From the human T2T-CHM13v2.0 reference genome, Homo sapiens: 64,000 nt of DNA. Every line of letters begins with the position of its first letter. Within the stretch, counting starts at the first letter, position 1. This document shows positions 32,471 to 46,240 of the stretch, piece by piece. The position numbers and the translations under genes were made by a program. The DNA is taken from assembly GCF_009914755.1 (NCBI RefSeq), contig NC_060927.1; one strand, written 5' to 3'. Under the pieces are notes generated by a model that was not told the origin of the DNA, did no database searches, and saw only the letters and a list, made by a program, of their open reading frames with translations.

Positions 32471-33649
32471 CAATAATAGTCTATAATTCCTTGCCTCTGA
32501 AATTTATTTCAGCCCCATATTCAAACTCTCAGAGAAGTTCTGTCTCATTTTAAATAAAGATGCATCATTCACTTCAGTCTTGAAACTACCCTCTTTTAAA
32601 TCACACAGTGAGGATTTACACATTTTTAAGAATTCTGTAACTTAGAAATCAGCTAATGATATTTGCTCTTAAGAATGAGAAAGAAACAATTTTCTTTGAA
32701 ATGTGTGTTAAACATGAAAGAAAAGAAAATGTAAGTAAGGAAGAATGTTTAGTGCTTGCCCAGATTTTTCCTACTTTTATTAGGTAGTCCAAAGTCCACA
32801 ATGTGTTAAGGTGTATGGGAAAATGTCAAGTATACCAAGAAAACATTTAATTAGATCATAGACAATAACCAGCAAGAAACAGTTTCCCTCTTCATCACTT
32901 CTCTTTGAGGATATAACTAAAACAGGAAGAAAACAGAAATAAGTTCATAGCACCTAGTTGCCCCTGCCCAGCATGTCTTCACCTGGAAAGAACAGAGAGA
33001 ATTGAGCCAAAGAGAGGTAAGAAATAGTAAGAAAGCATCCAGTCCCATTAACTATGGTCACAGCTTCTAGGCCCAGCTGGACTGTGCAGGGAACTGTTTT
33101 CCTGGGAGACTGGCAGCGCTTGCAGATGTCAGAAGGAACAAGTGCCAAGGAACTTTAAAGAAATCAAGTTACCTCCATTCAAGAAAAGCCTCCTACTCAG
33201 TAATTGCTGCCCTTTTAATAGGCCAACTGCTGTTGCCTTCCAGCTTGCCACATCTCAACCTCAACTCCTCAGATCGTGCTTCAGGGCTCTTTTTTTGCCC
33301 TGGGTACCGTTGTTCCACTTCATCTCACAAATCCGTAGCTGCCTCCAAGGCCACCAACCTCTGCTTTGCACAGTTCCAGAGAAGAATCTATTGCAGCAAG
33401 CAATGTGTTCATGCTGGCATTTAAGTGCCTCAGTGTCTCTGGTATTGTCCTGTTATTTAATGCCTTAATAGGTTCTTACAGATGCTGCTGGAGCCATTCA
33501 AAAGCCATGGACAATGTCTAAGCTAAACTTTCTACATATATACCTTTCTCCCTGATTTGTGTCTCCATCTGTGTCCACAATCATACTGAAGTTCATGTAA
33601 GCCATAGCTGGATTTGGAAACAGATAATCATGTCAGTAAACCAGTGGAC

Positions 33650-35965
33650 CAGTGATTCTCAATAGGGAGAATAGGATTTAGCCCTGAGGGAACATTTGGC
33701 AATGTCTGAAGGCATTATTGGATATCACAGTGATATCACAATGATATGGTTTGGCTGTGTCCCCTCTGAGAAGAGGGCTACCATCTTCCAGTTAAATTGG
33801 ACTTTAACTAGAAGTCCAATTAAACCTCTTTTTGTTCCTAGTTTCAGGTATGTCTTTATTGGCAGCATGAAAATGAACTAATATGGTAAATTGGTACCAG
33901 TAGGGTGGGGCATTGCCGAAAAGATACCCCAAAATGTGAAAGCGACTTTGGAACTGGGTAACAGGCAGAGAGGTTGGAACAGTTTGGAGGGCTCAGAAGA
34001 AGATAGGAAAATGTGGAAGAGTTTGGAACCTCCTAGAGACTTGTTGAATGGCTTTGACAAACATGCTGATAGTGATATGAACAATAAGGTTCAGGCTGAG
34101 GTGGTCTCAGATGGAGATGAGGAACTTGTTAGGAACTGAAGCAAAAGTGACTCTTTTTATGTTTTACCAAAGAGACTAGCAGCATTTTGCTCCTGTCCTA
34201 GAGATTTGTGGAATTTTGAACTTGAGAGAGATGATTTAGTGTATCTGGTGAAGAAATTTTTAAGCAGCAAAGCATTCAAAAGGTGACTTGGGTGCTGTTA
34301 AAAGCATTCCATTTTAAAAGGGAAACAGAGCACAAAAGTTCAGAAAATTTGCAGCCTGAAGATGCAGTAGAAAACAAAAACCCATTTTTGAAGAGAAATT
34401 CAAGTCAGCTGCAGAAATTTGCATATGTAGCAAGAAGCCTAACGTTAATCCCCAAGGCCATGGGGAAAATGTCTCCAGGCCATGTCACAGACCTTCACAG
34501 CAGCCCCTCCCATTACAGGCCCAGAAGCCCAGGAGGAAAAAGTGGTTTTGTGGGCCGGGCCCAGGGTCCCTGTGCTGTGTGCAGCCTAGGGACTTGGTGC
34601 CCTGTGTCCCAGCTGCTCCAGTCATGGCTGAAAGGGGCCAACATAGAGCTTGGGCTGTAGCTTCAGAGGGTGGAAGCCTCAAGCCTGGCAGCTTCTGTGT
34701 GGTGTTAAGCCTGTGGGTGTGCAGAAGTCAAGAGCTGAGGTTTCGGAACCTCCGCCTAGATTTCAGAAGATGTATTGAAATGCCTGGATGCCCAGGCCAA
34801 AGTTTGCTTCAGGGGTGGAGCCCTCATGGAGAACCTCTGCTAGGGCAGTGCTGAAGAGAAATGTGGGGTCAGAGCCCCCACACAGAATCCCTACTGAGGC
34901 ACTGCCTAGGGGAGCTGTGAGAAGAGGGCTGCCATCCTCCAGACCCCAGAAGGGTAGATCCACTGACAGGTTGCACCGTGAGCCTGGAAAAGCCACAGAC
35001 ACTCAAAGCCAACCCATGAAAACAGCCAGGAGGGAGGCTGTACCCTGCAAAGCCACAGGGGTGGGGCTGCCCAAGACCATAGGAACCCACCTCTTGCATT
35101 AGTGTGACCTGGATGTGAGACATAGAGTCAAAGGAGATCATTTTGGAGCTTTAAAATTTGACTGCCCAACTGGATTTTGGACTTGCATGGGCCCTGTAAC
35201 CCCTTTGTTTTGGCCAATTTCTCCCATTTGGAACAGGAGTATTTACCCAATACCTGTACCCACATTGTATCTAGGAAGTAACTAACTTGCTTTTGATTTT
35301 ACAGGCTCATAGGTGGAAGGAACTTGCCTTGTCTCAGGTGAGACTTTGGACTGTGGACTTTTTGGTTAATGCTGAAATAAGACTTTGGGGGATTGTTAGG
35401 AAGGCATGGTTGGTTTTGAAATGTGAGGACATGAGATTTGGAGGGGCCGGGGTGGAATGATAGGGTTTGGCTGTGTCCCCACCCAAACCTCAGTTTGAAT
35501 CGTATCTCCCAGAATTCCCACATGTTGTGGGAGGGACCCAGGGGTAGGTAATTGAATCATGGGGACCGATCTTTCCCAGGCTATTCCCATGATAGTGAAT
35601 AAGTCTCACGAGATCTGATGGGTTTATCAGGGGTTTCTGCTTTTGCTTCTTCCTCATTTTTCTCTTGCCTCTGCCACGTAAGAAGTACCTTTCACCTCCT
35701 GCCATGATTATGAGGCCTCCCCAGCCTTGTGGAACTGTAAGTCCAATTAAACCTCTTTCTGTTCCCAGTTTCTGGTATGTCTTTATCATCAGCATGAAAA
35801 TGAACTAATACATACAACTTGAGCAGGTGGTTGGGTTGTGCTATTGGCATCTAACTGGCCTAGTCCAAGAATGCTCCAAAATATCCTACAATGCACAGGG
35901 CAGTCCCCAACAACAAAGAATGATCCAGCCCAAAATGTCAACAGTGCTAAGATTGAGAAACCCTG
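33650..35965. mobile_element. MER20 (hAT-Charlie) split by a THE1A insertion (parts 33650-33741 and 35813-35965)
   Basis: cagtgattctcaa...acatttggcaatgtctg on the left; cctacaatgcacagggcagtcccc...aaaatgtcaacagtgctaagattgagaaaccctg on the right. Confidence 0.8.
33742..35812 (+). mobile_element. THE1A MaLR element (rearranged 5' LTR, THE1-int, intact 3' LTR 35458-35812)
   Basis: LTR ends tgatatggtttggctgtgtcccc / aactaataca; internal starts gtaaattggtaccag; THE1A-type gggtttctgcttttgcttcttcctcatttttctc; TSD cacaa/tacaa. Confidence 0.92.
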
Positions 35966-36125
35966 TAGTAATCTAACAAAATATTACTTATTCAGTAATT
36001 ATGATCTCATTTCTCATGTCATACATTCTTGGTGAATAGAATTGCAGCACCTAACTTCAAAGATTTATCAATGAAAAGAACCAGAATATGAGCCTGTTCT
36101 GCATACCTGCCATGAATACATTTAA

Positions 36126-36490
<365 letters not shown>

Positions 36491-37654
36491 TGACTCATAT
36501 TTTGTTTAATTTCCAAAATACATGTAAGCTGTTGATATGCATAAATCATTAACAATTCATTTCATAAATGCATAAAAGAGTAAAGTCACTAACAGTTGCT
36601 ATCCATCTGTCTCGAGAGTGGTTTCTCAGCCTCACTAAAACCTTTCCTTCATTGAACATCATATCCCTCACTGTAACTAGGGAGAATGTATGAAGTCCCT
36701 CTTTCACATCAGGAGATCTGAGCTACACACCTGACCCTGTGTGGCCAGAATGGACAATATTCTGGATCATCCTGGTATCATTTATGATGCTCCTACACTG
36801 AAGGATTGATTTTTGTGAATATTTATTAGAAAAAAAATGCTAAGAGGAAATACGAGCAAACAAATAGTTTCAAAAATGGGTATAATGCAGGAGTGAGCAA
36901 GTGGAGAAGGAAGAAGACTGGGAGCACAAAGAGAGGGAGAGGCATTTTTTTAATCCTTTTTTTAATGCTTGTGCAAGAGATGTTGGGGGTAATTGCTTCA
37001 GCTGTGTTCTTCACACTGCCTCTGAAGCCCTGCCATGGCCAACAATTTGTGACTTGGTCCGTATTTCTCTTGATCAACCTGTCACTCTGTCAGTTAAAAT
37101 TTGCCATCAAATACAACTTTTACCAACTGCTACCCTTATGCCCATTGGACTTACACCAGCTATACTTCCCAACATTTTACACTCTGAACTAAATTGTGTG
37201 TGAAAATTACCTTTTATTGACTTTAGTGAGTGCCTTATACAAACAACTGAGGGCTGATTTCAACTGCCCACTGCCAAAATAGCCCTCTGTCCCATCTGTT
37301 GGATGCACATACCATTAAGACTTTTATTAGCCTCAGAAATAGAGAACTCATTTTATGGTGTTAGCTAAAAAACCTGCAAAAGTCCTTGAAATGCAGCACT
37401 ACTAGTCCCTGGTAACCACTGTGAGCAAATGATGTTAAAAAAACCAGGTTGGCATCAATATTAAAAGATAAAACCGCCTCCAAACGAGAGCACCAAAACG
37501 TAATTTTATGTCTGTAAATTCATACTTTACATTGGACTACTCAAGGAAAATATACCTATTGCCCTTCCAAGAAATGAAGAGTTTTAAAAATACAGGTGTT
37601 GAAAAGAATAAGAAAATGTCTTATTCTATTTATACTGATTTGGTAAGAAAAATG

Positions 37655-37925
37655 ACACAAAATTTCAGTTAGAAAAAAATAAGTTTGAGAGATCTGTTGT
37701 ACATCATGATGATTACAGTTAATAACAATATATTGAATATTTGAAAATTGTTAAGAATACATTTTTAATGTTTTCATCACCAAAAAAAAGACTAGTATGT
37801 GAGGTAATGCCTGTGTTAAACATCTTAGCCATTCCACAATGTACATACTATATCAAAACAAGTAATACACCATAAATATATTTAATTTTTACTTGTAAAG
37901 TTATTTCTAATTTACAAATAAAAAT
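37655..37925 (+). mobile_element. L1MA 3' end fragment
   Basis: aaaatttcagttag...gagatctgttgtacatcatg...tagccattccacaatgtacatac. Confidence 0.75.
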
Positions 37926-40900
37926 TACATAAAAGAAATAAAGGGAAATTTCCTCAGAAGCACTAAGAAAATATAAATTCTTAATGAAACCACTGGGGAA
38001 TAAAGACATGGCATAACAGTTACCATCAGAAGAAATCAAGAACTTTCTTAGAAAAGTAGTAAGAGGTTTAACCATTAGGGGCCCAGGGAGAAGTAATGAT
38101 CTTTTACCAGAAGAAGAGAATAAAATCATGGAAGCCTAATATGGCTTTTTACAGTTCTGCTTACAATTACGCATTAAACAATTTACCCCTTGCAGATGAG
38201 TTCCTAAAGCCTGCTGAGATGTTGCACTCGGAGAAAATAGTACATGCTGTTTTTTCTTCTGTTGTGGTTTATTTTTATTAAAACAAAAAACTTACAACAA
38301 CTAAAAAAAAAATTCACTTTTGCTGAATTTTACTCTTTCCAAGAAGACCAACAGCTTGGATGAACATTTGTCCAATGTTTGTAGTAAATCTGACCATAAA
38401 AGACAATGGCTTAGACATTCATGCCCAGTCAATGTCCTATGGGCTGGAATTCATAAAATAAAGGCAGCAGATGGCATACCTAAATTTAATTTGCTATTTG
38501 ATTTATCCTTGTGTTACCACTCTGAAATGCAGATACCGAATGTTTATCTAATAACGCTGTTAGAAAACACAAGACCATGCTTCAAGCAAGTTTATCATGG
38601 AATCTGATGCTAGACCATCAGTCCTGAGAATGAAAACTGTAGCCCATCCACAGAGGCACTCTCCTCTGACTAAGTAGGACCTGTCAACAGCCAATACTCC
38701 ATGGATCAGGGAAAGCATTTCATGTGGTTTAGAATCACTCTTCTGGCTGTAATGCAATACCGGAGACCATCAAGAGGAAGAATACGCCTTTGATTCTTTT
38801 ATTCCCATTTGAAATTCGAGGGGATATTTTTGTGTGCTTGGGTTTATCTCCTATTGTTCACTGAGAAAACTGATGCTTTGTTTAATTGTTGTGATCACTT
38901 TTCCTTGTGAGTTCTCTTGAACGTTATGCTACTGTCTGATTGTCCGTTGGCATGTATACATCACACCAATATTCTGGAACACCACATACTAAAATGAAAA
39001 CTTTTTGAGTCTGTGTTACTGCGCTGGCAGCTGTCAAAATAATTCTTGCTGACATCATGTTGAACAGACTTGCCTCCGAGTCAGATCAACGTTGGGGAGC
39101 ATCATGCAGTGCGGCAAAATTAGGTCATTAATTGTGAAGCCAGCACAACCCTTCTTGCATTTGGAGATCAAAATTCTGACATAAAAGAAAATTGAACAAT
39201 CAAAAACTCTGGAATCATCTTTTAAATCTCAAAACAAGTTGTCAATTTAGCCATTTAATTCTCAGAGTTCTTTGGAAGGATTTTTATTACATAAAAGTAT
39301 GGTAATATAATACCTAGTTTTCCAAAGGAACTATGAAATATCCCAACATGAAAATATTTCACTCTTAAAGGGTAAAAATCCATGTCTAACATCCATTACA
39401 CTGATCATATTTCTGAGCACTCAAATGCCAACTTTTTCAAATGACTCCAGGAGAACTTATTGTCAACCTGTTTCTCTCAAGTATCACCATGCTGATTATA
39501 GGTTTGCTTATAAAATTACCTTTTGGTAATATAGTAGGAAGAAACTAGAGTCTCAATGATTAAGAATCGGAAACAGAAAAAAAAAAAAAGAAAGAAAGAA
39601 ACCAATCTGGTGGTTAGAACTGGATTGCCAAATGACAGCATCACCGGCATTATCTGTGTGCCTGGGGCTTGCCCTTCCAAACTAATTTTTAAAATAAATT
39701 GAAATTGAACTGGAGCCATGCAAAGTAGAACAAAGACCTTTTTGAAGATTCATATCAGGTAAACAGTAAACAGGTTGTCAGAAAATATTGACATTTGAAT
39801 TGACTTTATGCTTTTATTTCCTACCCAATATGGCATTTTATATTATTAACATTTATTTATTAAAACCCTGCCCTTTCCTCAAAAGGTTTTAAAGAGCTTT
39901 AATGTTCTGTTACAGTATTTTAAGAATAAAAATAGTTTCCTCTTACCTTATAAACTGGAATAAAACAAATATTTCTCATATTTGAATTAAAAGTAGAAAT
40001 GTACCTCTTCTTATAAGTTTGTTTCCAAGAAATATTAATATGAAAATATAACATGTAATTTATTTAATAATTCAAAATACCTAGGAATTTTTTTCTAAAA
40101 TTTATTACCTGTTACATGAATCAAAGATCAGACTCTTAAGATGGCCTATGAGAATTAACAAAGATAAATGTAGGAACAAAAACAGGTTGATTTATTTGGC
40201 AGCATTCCAGTTTACCTCCCGACTCTTCTGTCCTGATTAATTGCCCTCAGCGAGGAGCTGGAGCCTAGTTATGCTGTTTTCTTAATTCCTGTTGATGGAG
40301 TGTTGATATAAGAATAGAAAGAGAACCAACTGCCTTTTAACTAGTCCATTCTTCATGCACTAATCAATCATAACTTGTCCATTTTAATTATCTCCCAAAT
40401 TCCAAATAGAGATACGCTTGGAGTTTCCAAATATTTGCATGATTAAATATGTTTTCCTTATTTCAATAAGGAACCTCAAATTGATGACTCAGGTGGTAAG
40501 ATTTATGGAATGAAGCAATTGTGTTTATCTCCCAGCTTTCAAAATACTGGTCTGCAATTCAGTAACAAACAACATTCCCACCAGAGATGTGCAGACTATG
40601 CCCATTAATGATGATGATCATGTTTGGAAATAAAAATAAAACCATATACCAACATTAGTAGATGCCAAAAAGGAAACCCAGCCAAGAAAATGTTTACTAG
40701 CCTCTCTTTTCATAACCATAAAAAGACAGTTTATTCAAATATTAAGTATAATTATACAAAACTAACTGGCCATAGGTGCACCTGTACAACATTTTCGGGT
40801 TGTTTTTGCCCTCCTCGGAGAAATACCAGCAGATCAGGTCATCAATCAGTTATACCCATCAAGTTACAGGGTAATTCTGGCTGCCTCACAAACAACTGGA

Positions 40901-41177
40901 CAGTTCAGTTAAGAAAGGTGCATAAAAGGAGAATTTTTACTGAACTGACTGAATGAATCAGTTGTTTTGATTGGATGCAAACAAACAAAAGCTAACTCTT
41001 TTCTGAAATAACTCCCCATTTAGGAGCTTGCCTCTTCTATAATATAAAATCCTATTGCCTTTTTAACATCAGAATTGAAGCAACAAAGTTCTATTTTCAT
41101 AGTAAGTGGTCTAGGAATTGATGACAGAATATGATGATGAAAAGAAGGAGGAGGAGGAAATAATGACAATAATAATA

Positions 41178-41679
41178 TGAGAGGAAAAATAATTTTTCCT
41201 CTTTCAATTGGGATGGATCCCTGTAACAAAAGATAGATTAACAAGAGAAAAACAAGCAGAAGTTTATTAACATGTATACGTCATGTATACATGGGAGCTA
41301 CCCAAAGCAAAATGAGCAAATATCAAGAATATACATCTAAGAAGGTAGAGTAAATACCATCATCCACTGAAACAGAGAGAGGTTTACTATGCAGGTTTCA
41401 GTCAATATTCTCTATTAAATAATACTTCCTAGTGATTTAGAGTCATCCTTCTCTTCCTGGAACAAAGCGGAGATACTCATACAAAAGGAACATTTTTTAA
41501 AAGATGTAACTTTTTTACAAATGGTAACTTCTACTCTATTTTTAAAGTTTCTCCTGTGTCTCTCGTTTCCCGTAATAATCAACTCAAAATAATCCTTAAG
41601 CTTAAGAGGCATATTTTGAGGTGGCATATTTTGTTCTTCTAAAGTCATATTTTGGAGTAGCATTTTCTGAACTTCATCA
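41178..41679 (-). mobile_element. MER34-family solo LTR (B/C-like)
   Basis: TG...CA ends; shares agattaacaagagaaaaacaa-cagaagttt-ttaacatgtata with the provirus LTRs. Confidence 0.7.
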
Positions 41680-41706
41680 ATGATAATGATAAAATGCAGG
41701 ATTTCT

Positions 41707-42442
41707 TTTTTCAATTCTAGATTCTGAGTGTACATGTGCAGGTTTGTTACACAGGTGTAGAGCATGATGCTGAGGTTTGGGCTTCTGATGATCTTGTCAC
41801 TCAAGTAGTGAACATAGTACCCAATAGGTAACTTTTCAACCGTTGTCCCCCTCTACCTTTCCCTTTTTGGAGTCCTCAGTGTTTATTGTTCCCATCTTTG
41901 TGCCCATGTGTACCCAATGTTTAGCTCCCACTTGTAAGTGCCAACATGCAGTATTTGGCTTTCTGTTACTGCATTAATTCACTTAGAATAATGACCTACA
42001 GTTGCAAAGAAATTTGCTGCAAAAGACATAATTTCATTCTTTTTTATGGCTGTGTAGTATTGCGTGGTGTGTATATACAACATTTTCTTTATCCAATCCA
42101 CCACTGATGGACACTTGGGTTGAGCTCATGATTTTGCTATTCTGAATAGTGCTGCAACACACATACAAATGCAGGTGTCTTTCATTAGAATGATTTATTT
42201 CCCTTTGGGTATATCCCCAGTAAGGGGATTGCTGGGTCAAATGGTAGTTCTATTTTTAGTTCTTCAGGAAATCTCCAAACTGCTTTCCACAAGGGCTGAA
42301 TTAGTTTGTATTCCCACCAACAGTGTATAAGCATCCCTTTTTCTCTACAACATCCCCAACATCTGTCATTTCTTGACTTTTTAACAGTAGTCATTCAGAC
42401 TTGTGTGAGATGGTATCTTATTGTGATTTTAATTTGCAAATG
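41707..42442 (-). mobile_element. 5'-truncated older L1PA (PA15/16-like)
   Basis: ORF2 C-terminal remnants (HCWWEYKLIQPLWKAVWRF); TSD atgcaggatttct (41694-41706 / 42443-42455). Confidence 0.88.
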
Positions 42443-42489
42443 ATGCAGGATTTCTGAAAGAATAATTTTCAGATAAAAATGTTCCTAGT

Positions 42490-42872
42490 TGTTTATAGAC
42501 AAATTAAATTTAACAGAGTTTAATTGAGCAAAGAACAATTCATAAATCGGGCAGTCTCCTGAGCCAGAGTAGGCTCAGAGACTCCAGCGCAGCCACATGG
42601 TAGATTTATGGACAGAAAAAGAAAAGTGGCATATAGAAAATGGAGGTGAGGTACAGAAACAGCCAGACTGGTTACAGCTCAGCATTTACCCTATTTGAAC
42701 ATGGTTTGAACAGTTAGCCCCCTTTGATTGGCCAAAACTCAGTTATTGGCACAAGTGTAGGTTACATCTGTATACAACTCTGTTTAGTTTGTACTTCAGT
42801 ATATACAGGGAAACCTGTAGGCCAAACTTAAAATATGTAAGTAGTCAGCTTTAGGCTTAACTTGATTTAGCA
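42490..42872 (-). mobile_element. MER57-family solo LTR (ERV1)
   Basis: Minus strand tgctaaatcaagttaagcctaaagctg...ttggccaatcaaagg...gctcaattaaactctgttaaatttaatttgtct matches recalled MER57. Confidence 0.8.
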
Positions 42873-43908
42873 TACTCAATATCTAACAGACACAAATACA
42901 TGTACAAAGTACTTGAACTTCTCCAGGTAATTAGAACTGTTTCCTCTGACTTAACAGGAATTACTCATTCTCTGATTTCTCTCTCTTCCCTGGTATCATC
43001 TGGCCATTTTAACAGAGAGGAAGACAGCCTTCTGTTTACTCCTTACTCATCAGTTCTAGGTAGCACTCAGGTTGAGAGAATGGTTTTTCCAGAATCATCG
43101 TTTGGCCCAGTTGTTAAACTCACACCTCAAGAGAAAAAAAAAGCGTCAAGAGAACTACTCCTTTAGTTTTTGTGCCTGTTCGCCTGCCTGGCACTATAGG
43201 TCTCAAAGAACACAATTAAGCCCTTTTCATCACTGAATACCCCATAACACTTAGCTCAAGAACGTTAACATTGAAATCACAATAAATTCTTCGGTTTTGA
43301 ACAAAAGAGACCATGAATCCACAGGGCCAGATGTTTTAAGTTTACGTAATTGTAATTATGTACTCTGTCTAAAGATCCCAAAATGTATTCTCAAAATAAC
43401 TGGTCTGAATTGATGCTTTTGAAGAAAATATTCCACAGTCAAATGCACTGAAATCACAGGAGTGGTCGTAAGTCTTCTAATTTTAGCTGGACTTGGTTAT
43501 CCCAACCCTCTACTGTGAGACATGCTTGGGAAATAGCTGTATGGCAGAGTCCCCTTTTGATGATTTGTAATGCATATTAAAGACTCCAAGAAACCTTACA
43601 CTAAAGGAGCTTGTTTGTTTTAGTTTAAAGCAAACATATTTGACCTCAGAACCCTTTTCTACTTAATATTATGGAATGCTTGGGGAAATCCTTTTCCAGA
43701 AATTGAGACATCACATGGGATAAATTATCACACCATGGACAGTTTGGAGAGTCTCCAAAATCTCACACTGTTACATGAAACACAAACAGACACAAAGGTG
43801 CCACTTTCCTTATTAATCACCAAAGCTTTAAGTAAAAAAGAAATTTAAAACATGTACGTGAGACGGAAAGCAGAAATTTCAAAATCTACGGAAAAATTAT
43901 TGTGTGCC

Positions 43909-44469
43909 TGTAGAGGCCAAGGAAAAACTTTCCCTTTGCCCTCCGAAGTTTCGCTGAAAAATCAACTCACAAAATGCAGATTACCTGGAGAAAAGATAAA
44001 CAAATGTATTAATGTGCACACAGGGAAGAACTACAGACTGATTACTCTCCACCTTCCAATGGGGTTCAGAAGGTCAAATGCCATCTCGAGGTTACAGAAA
44101 GAATGAGGGCTTGGACTATGACAAAACAGGTTATGGGAGGGGAAGAAGAAGAGGCAAGGCTAGCAAAAGTGGCCTTGTTATGCAGATGAAACCTCACAGG
44201 TAGCAGCCCTCAGAGGGAAGAGATAGTAAATGTTTTTTTCAGACCTTTAAAGGGGTCAGACTCTTCAATTAATCTTTCCTAGATCTAGATAGATGAGAGA
44301 AGGAAGTCCTCATAGAAAAACTGGCTGCATCAATGTGGATTCTCCACAGATGCAAACCTCCCCCATGAAAGACTTTGCAGGGCTACTTCTGTTTGCAGGC
44401 CTTCTGAACAGACAACTCAAAATATGTCAAAGAAGTATATTTGGGGGAAAGATATTTTGATTTCCCTCA
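43909..44469 (-). mobile_element. ERV1 MER4-group solo LTR (LTR48/49-like)
   Basis: TG...CA; minus strand tgagggaaatcaaaatat...tctttgacatattttgag...cctgcaaacagaagtagccctgcaaag; family name uncertain. Confidence 0.7.
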
Positions 44470-45055
44470 CACCTAAAAAAAAAAATTTAATTACTAACTG
44501 AAAATCTTAATTGCCCTCCACTTGGAACCACAGTGTATGGATTGAGATAAACTCTCCAGTGTGTTTACAGTTCCAATTACAGCACACCACAAGCCATCCA
44601 CAAATAATTATGTCCTCCTTTAGTGGATATTGGTCACTCTTTTTAGCTGTCCAGATCTGAACCCCACACCCTAAGACTGGGGAAGGCTCTAGCTAAGGAG
44701 CCATAGGAGGCAGACACTTCCTACCATCAAAGTTAAAGTCAGACTCTCACTTTCCCAGCCTCCTAGTAGCAAGGGCACTAACCTATGACTTTGGAAGCTG
44801 GTGACAAATGGAAGTGAGGATTGCTCAAGATCTCTTCTGGAAAGGGTGGCAACAGCAGCAGCAGTAGTAGCTGCATTAAGTATTTTGTATGGAGTTTATG
44901 CCAGAGTTCTAGGGATGATCCCGTTACCCTGGCCTGGCAAACCAGCACATCCCACCATCCTGACCACAAGAACTGGTTTCAGAGAGAGAGGCACATGTCT
45001 CAAGTTGGTCCACTGAGATTCAATCTAAATATTTGGTTTAGAATTTGGGGGAAAA

Positions 45056-45416
<361 letters not shown>

Positions 45417-45504
45417 CTAGGATGCAAAACTGTACTTATTAGTGGCCATCCTGTAACTACATGACACAGGTGACCAAAAATAGAGGCCTAGGCTTAACAA
45501 ACAT

Positions 45505-46240
45505 TGTAACTGCCCAATGGGTTCATTTTGCTCACTGCCCAGATAGAGTCAATTTATCAAGACAGAGGAATTGCAATAGAGAAAGAGTTTAATTCACCCA
45601 GAGCTGGCTGAATGGGAGACCAGAGTTTTACTATTACTCAAATCAATCTCCCTGAAAATTTGGAGACTGGATGTTTTTTTTAAGGATAATTTGTTGGGTA
45701 GGGGGGTCAGGAAGCAGAGAGTGCTGATTGGTCGGGTCAGAGATGAAATCATAGGGAGTCAAAACTATTTTCCTATGCTGAATCAATTCCTGGAGAGGGC
45801 CACAGAATCAGATGAGCCAGTTTATTGATCTGGGTGGCACTAGCTGATCCATTGATTACACGGTCTGAAAAATATCTTAAGCAACAATCTTAGGTTTTAC
45901 AATAGTCATATTATCCCCAGTAGCAATTGAAGTGGTTTAGAATCTTGTGGCCTCTAGCTGTTTGGTTCCTAAGCCATAATTTCTAATCTTGTGACAAATT
46001 TGTTAGTCCTACAAAGGCAGTCTGGTCCCCAGGCAAGGAGGGGGTTTATTTCGGGAAAGGGATATTATCATATTTGTTTCAAATTTCAATTATAAACTAA
46101 AGTTAATTCACCCCACACTCAGGAATCAGGAATAAGCAAGAACAGCTTGGAGGTCAGATGCAAAATGGAGTTGGTTAGGTCAGATTTTTTTTCACTGTCA
46201 TAATTTTCTTGCTGGTATAATTTTTGCAAAGGCAGTTTCA
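45505..46240 (-). mobile_element. LTR8 (LTR8A-like) solo LTR
   Basis: Minus strand starts tgaaactgcctttgcaaaaattat...gacctaaccaactccattttgc, ends ...gggcagttaca; TSD acat/atat. Confidence 0.85.

Noticed and set aside
33891-35141. Several 65-125 aa ORFs in both directions
   Set aside because: Broken remnants and alternative frames of the THE1 internal sequence.
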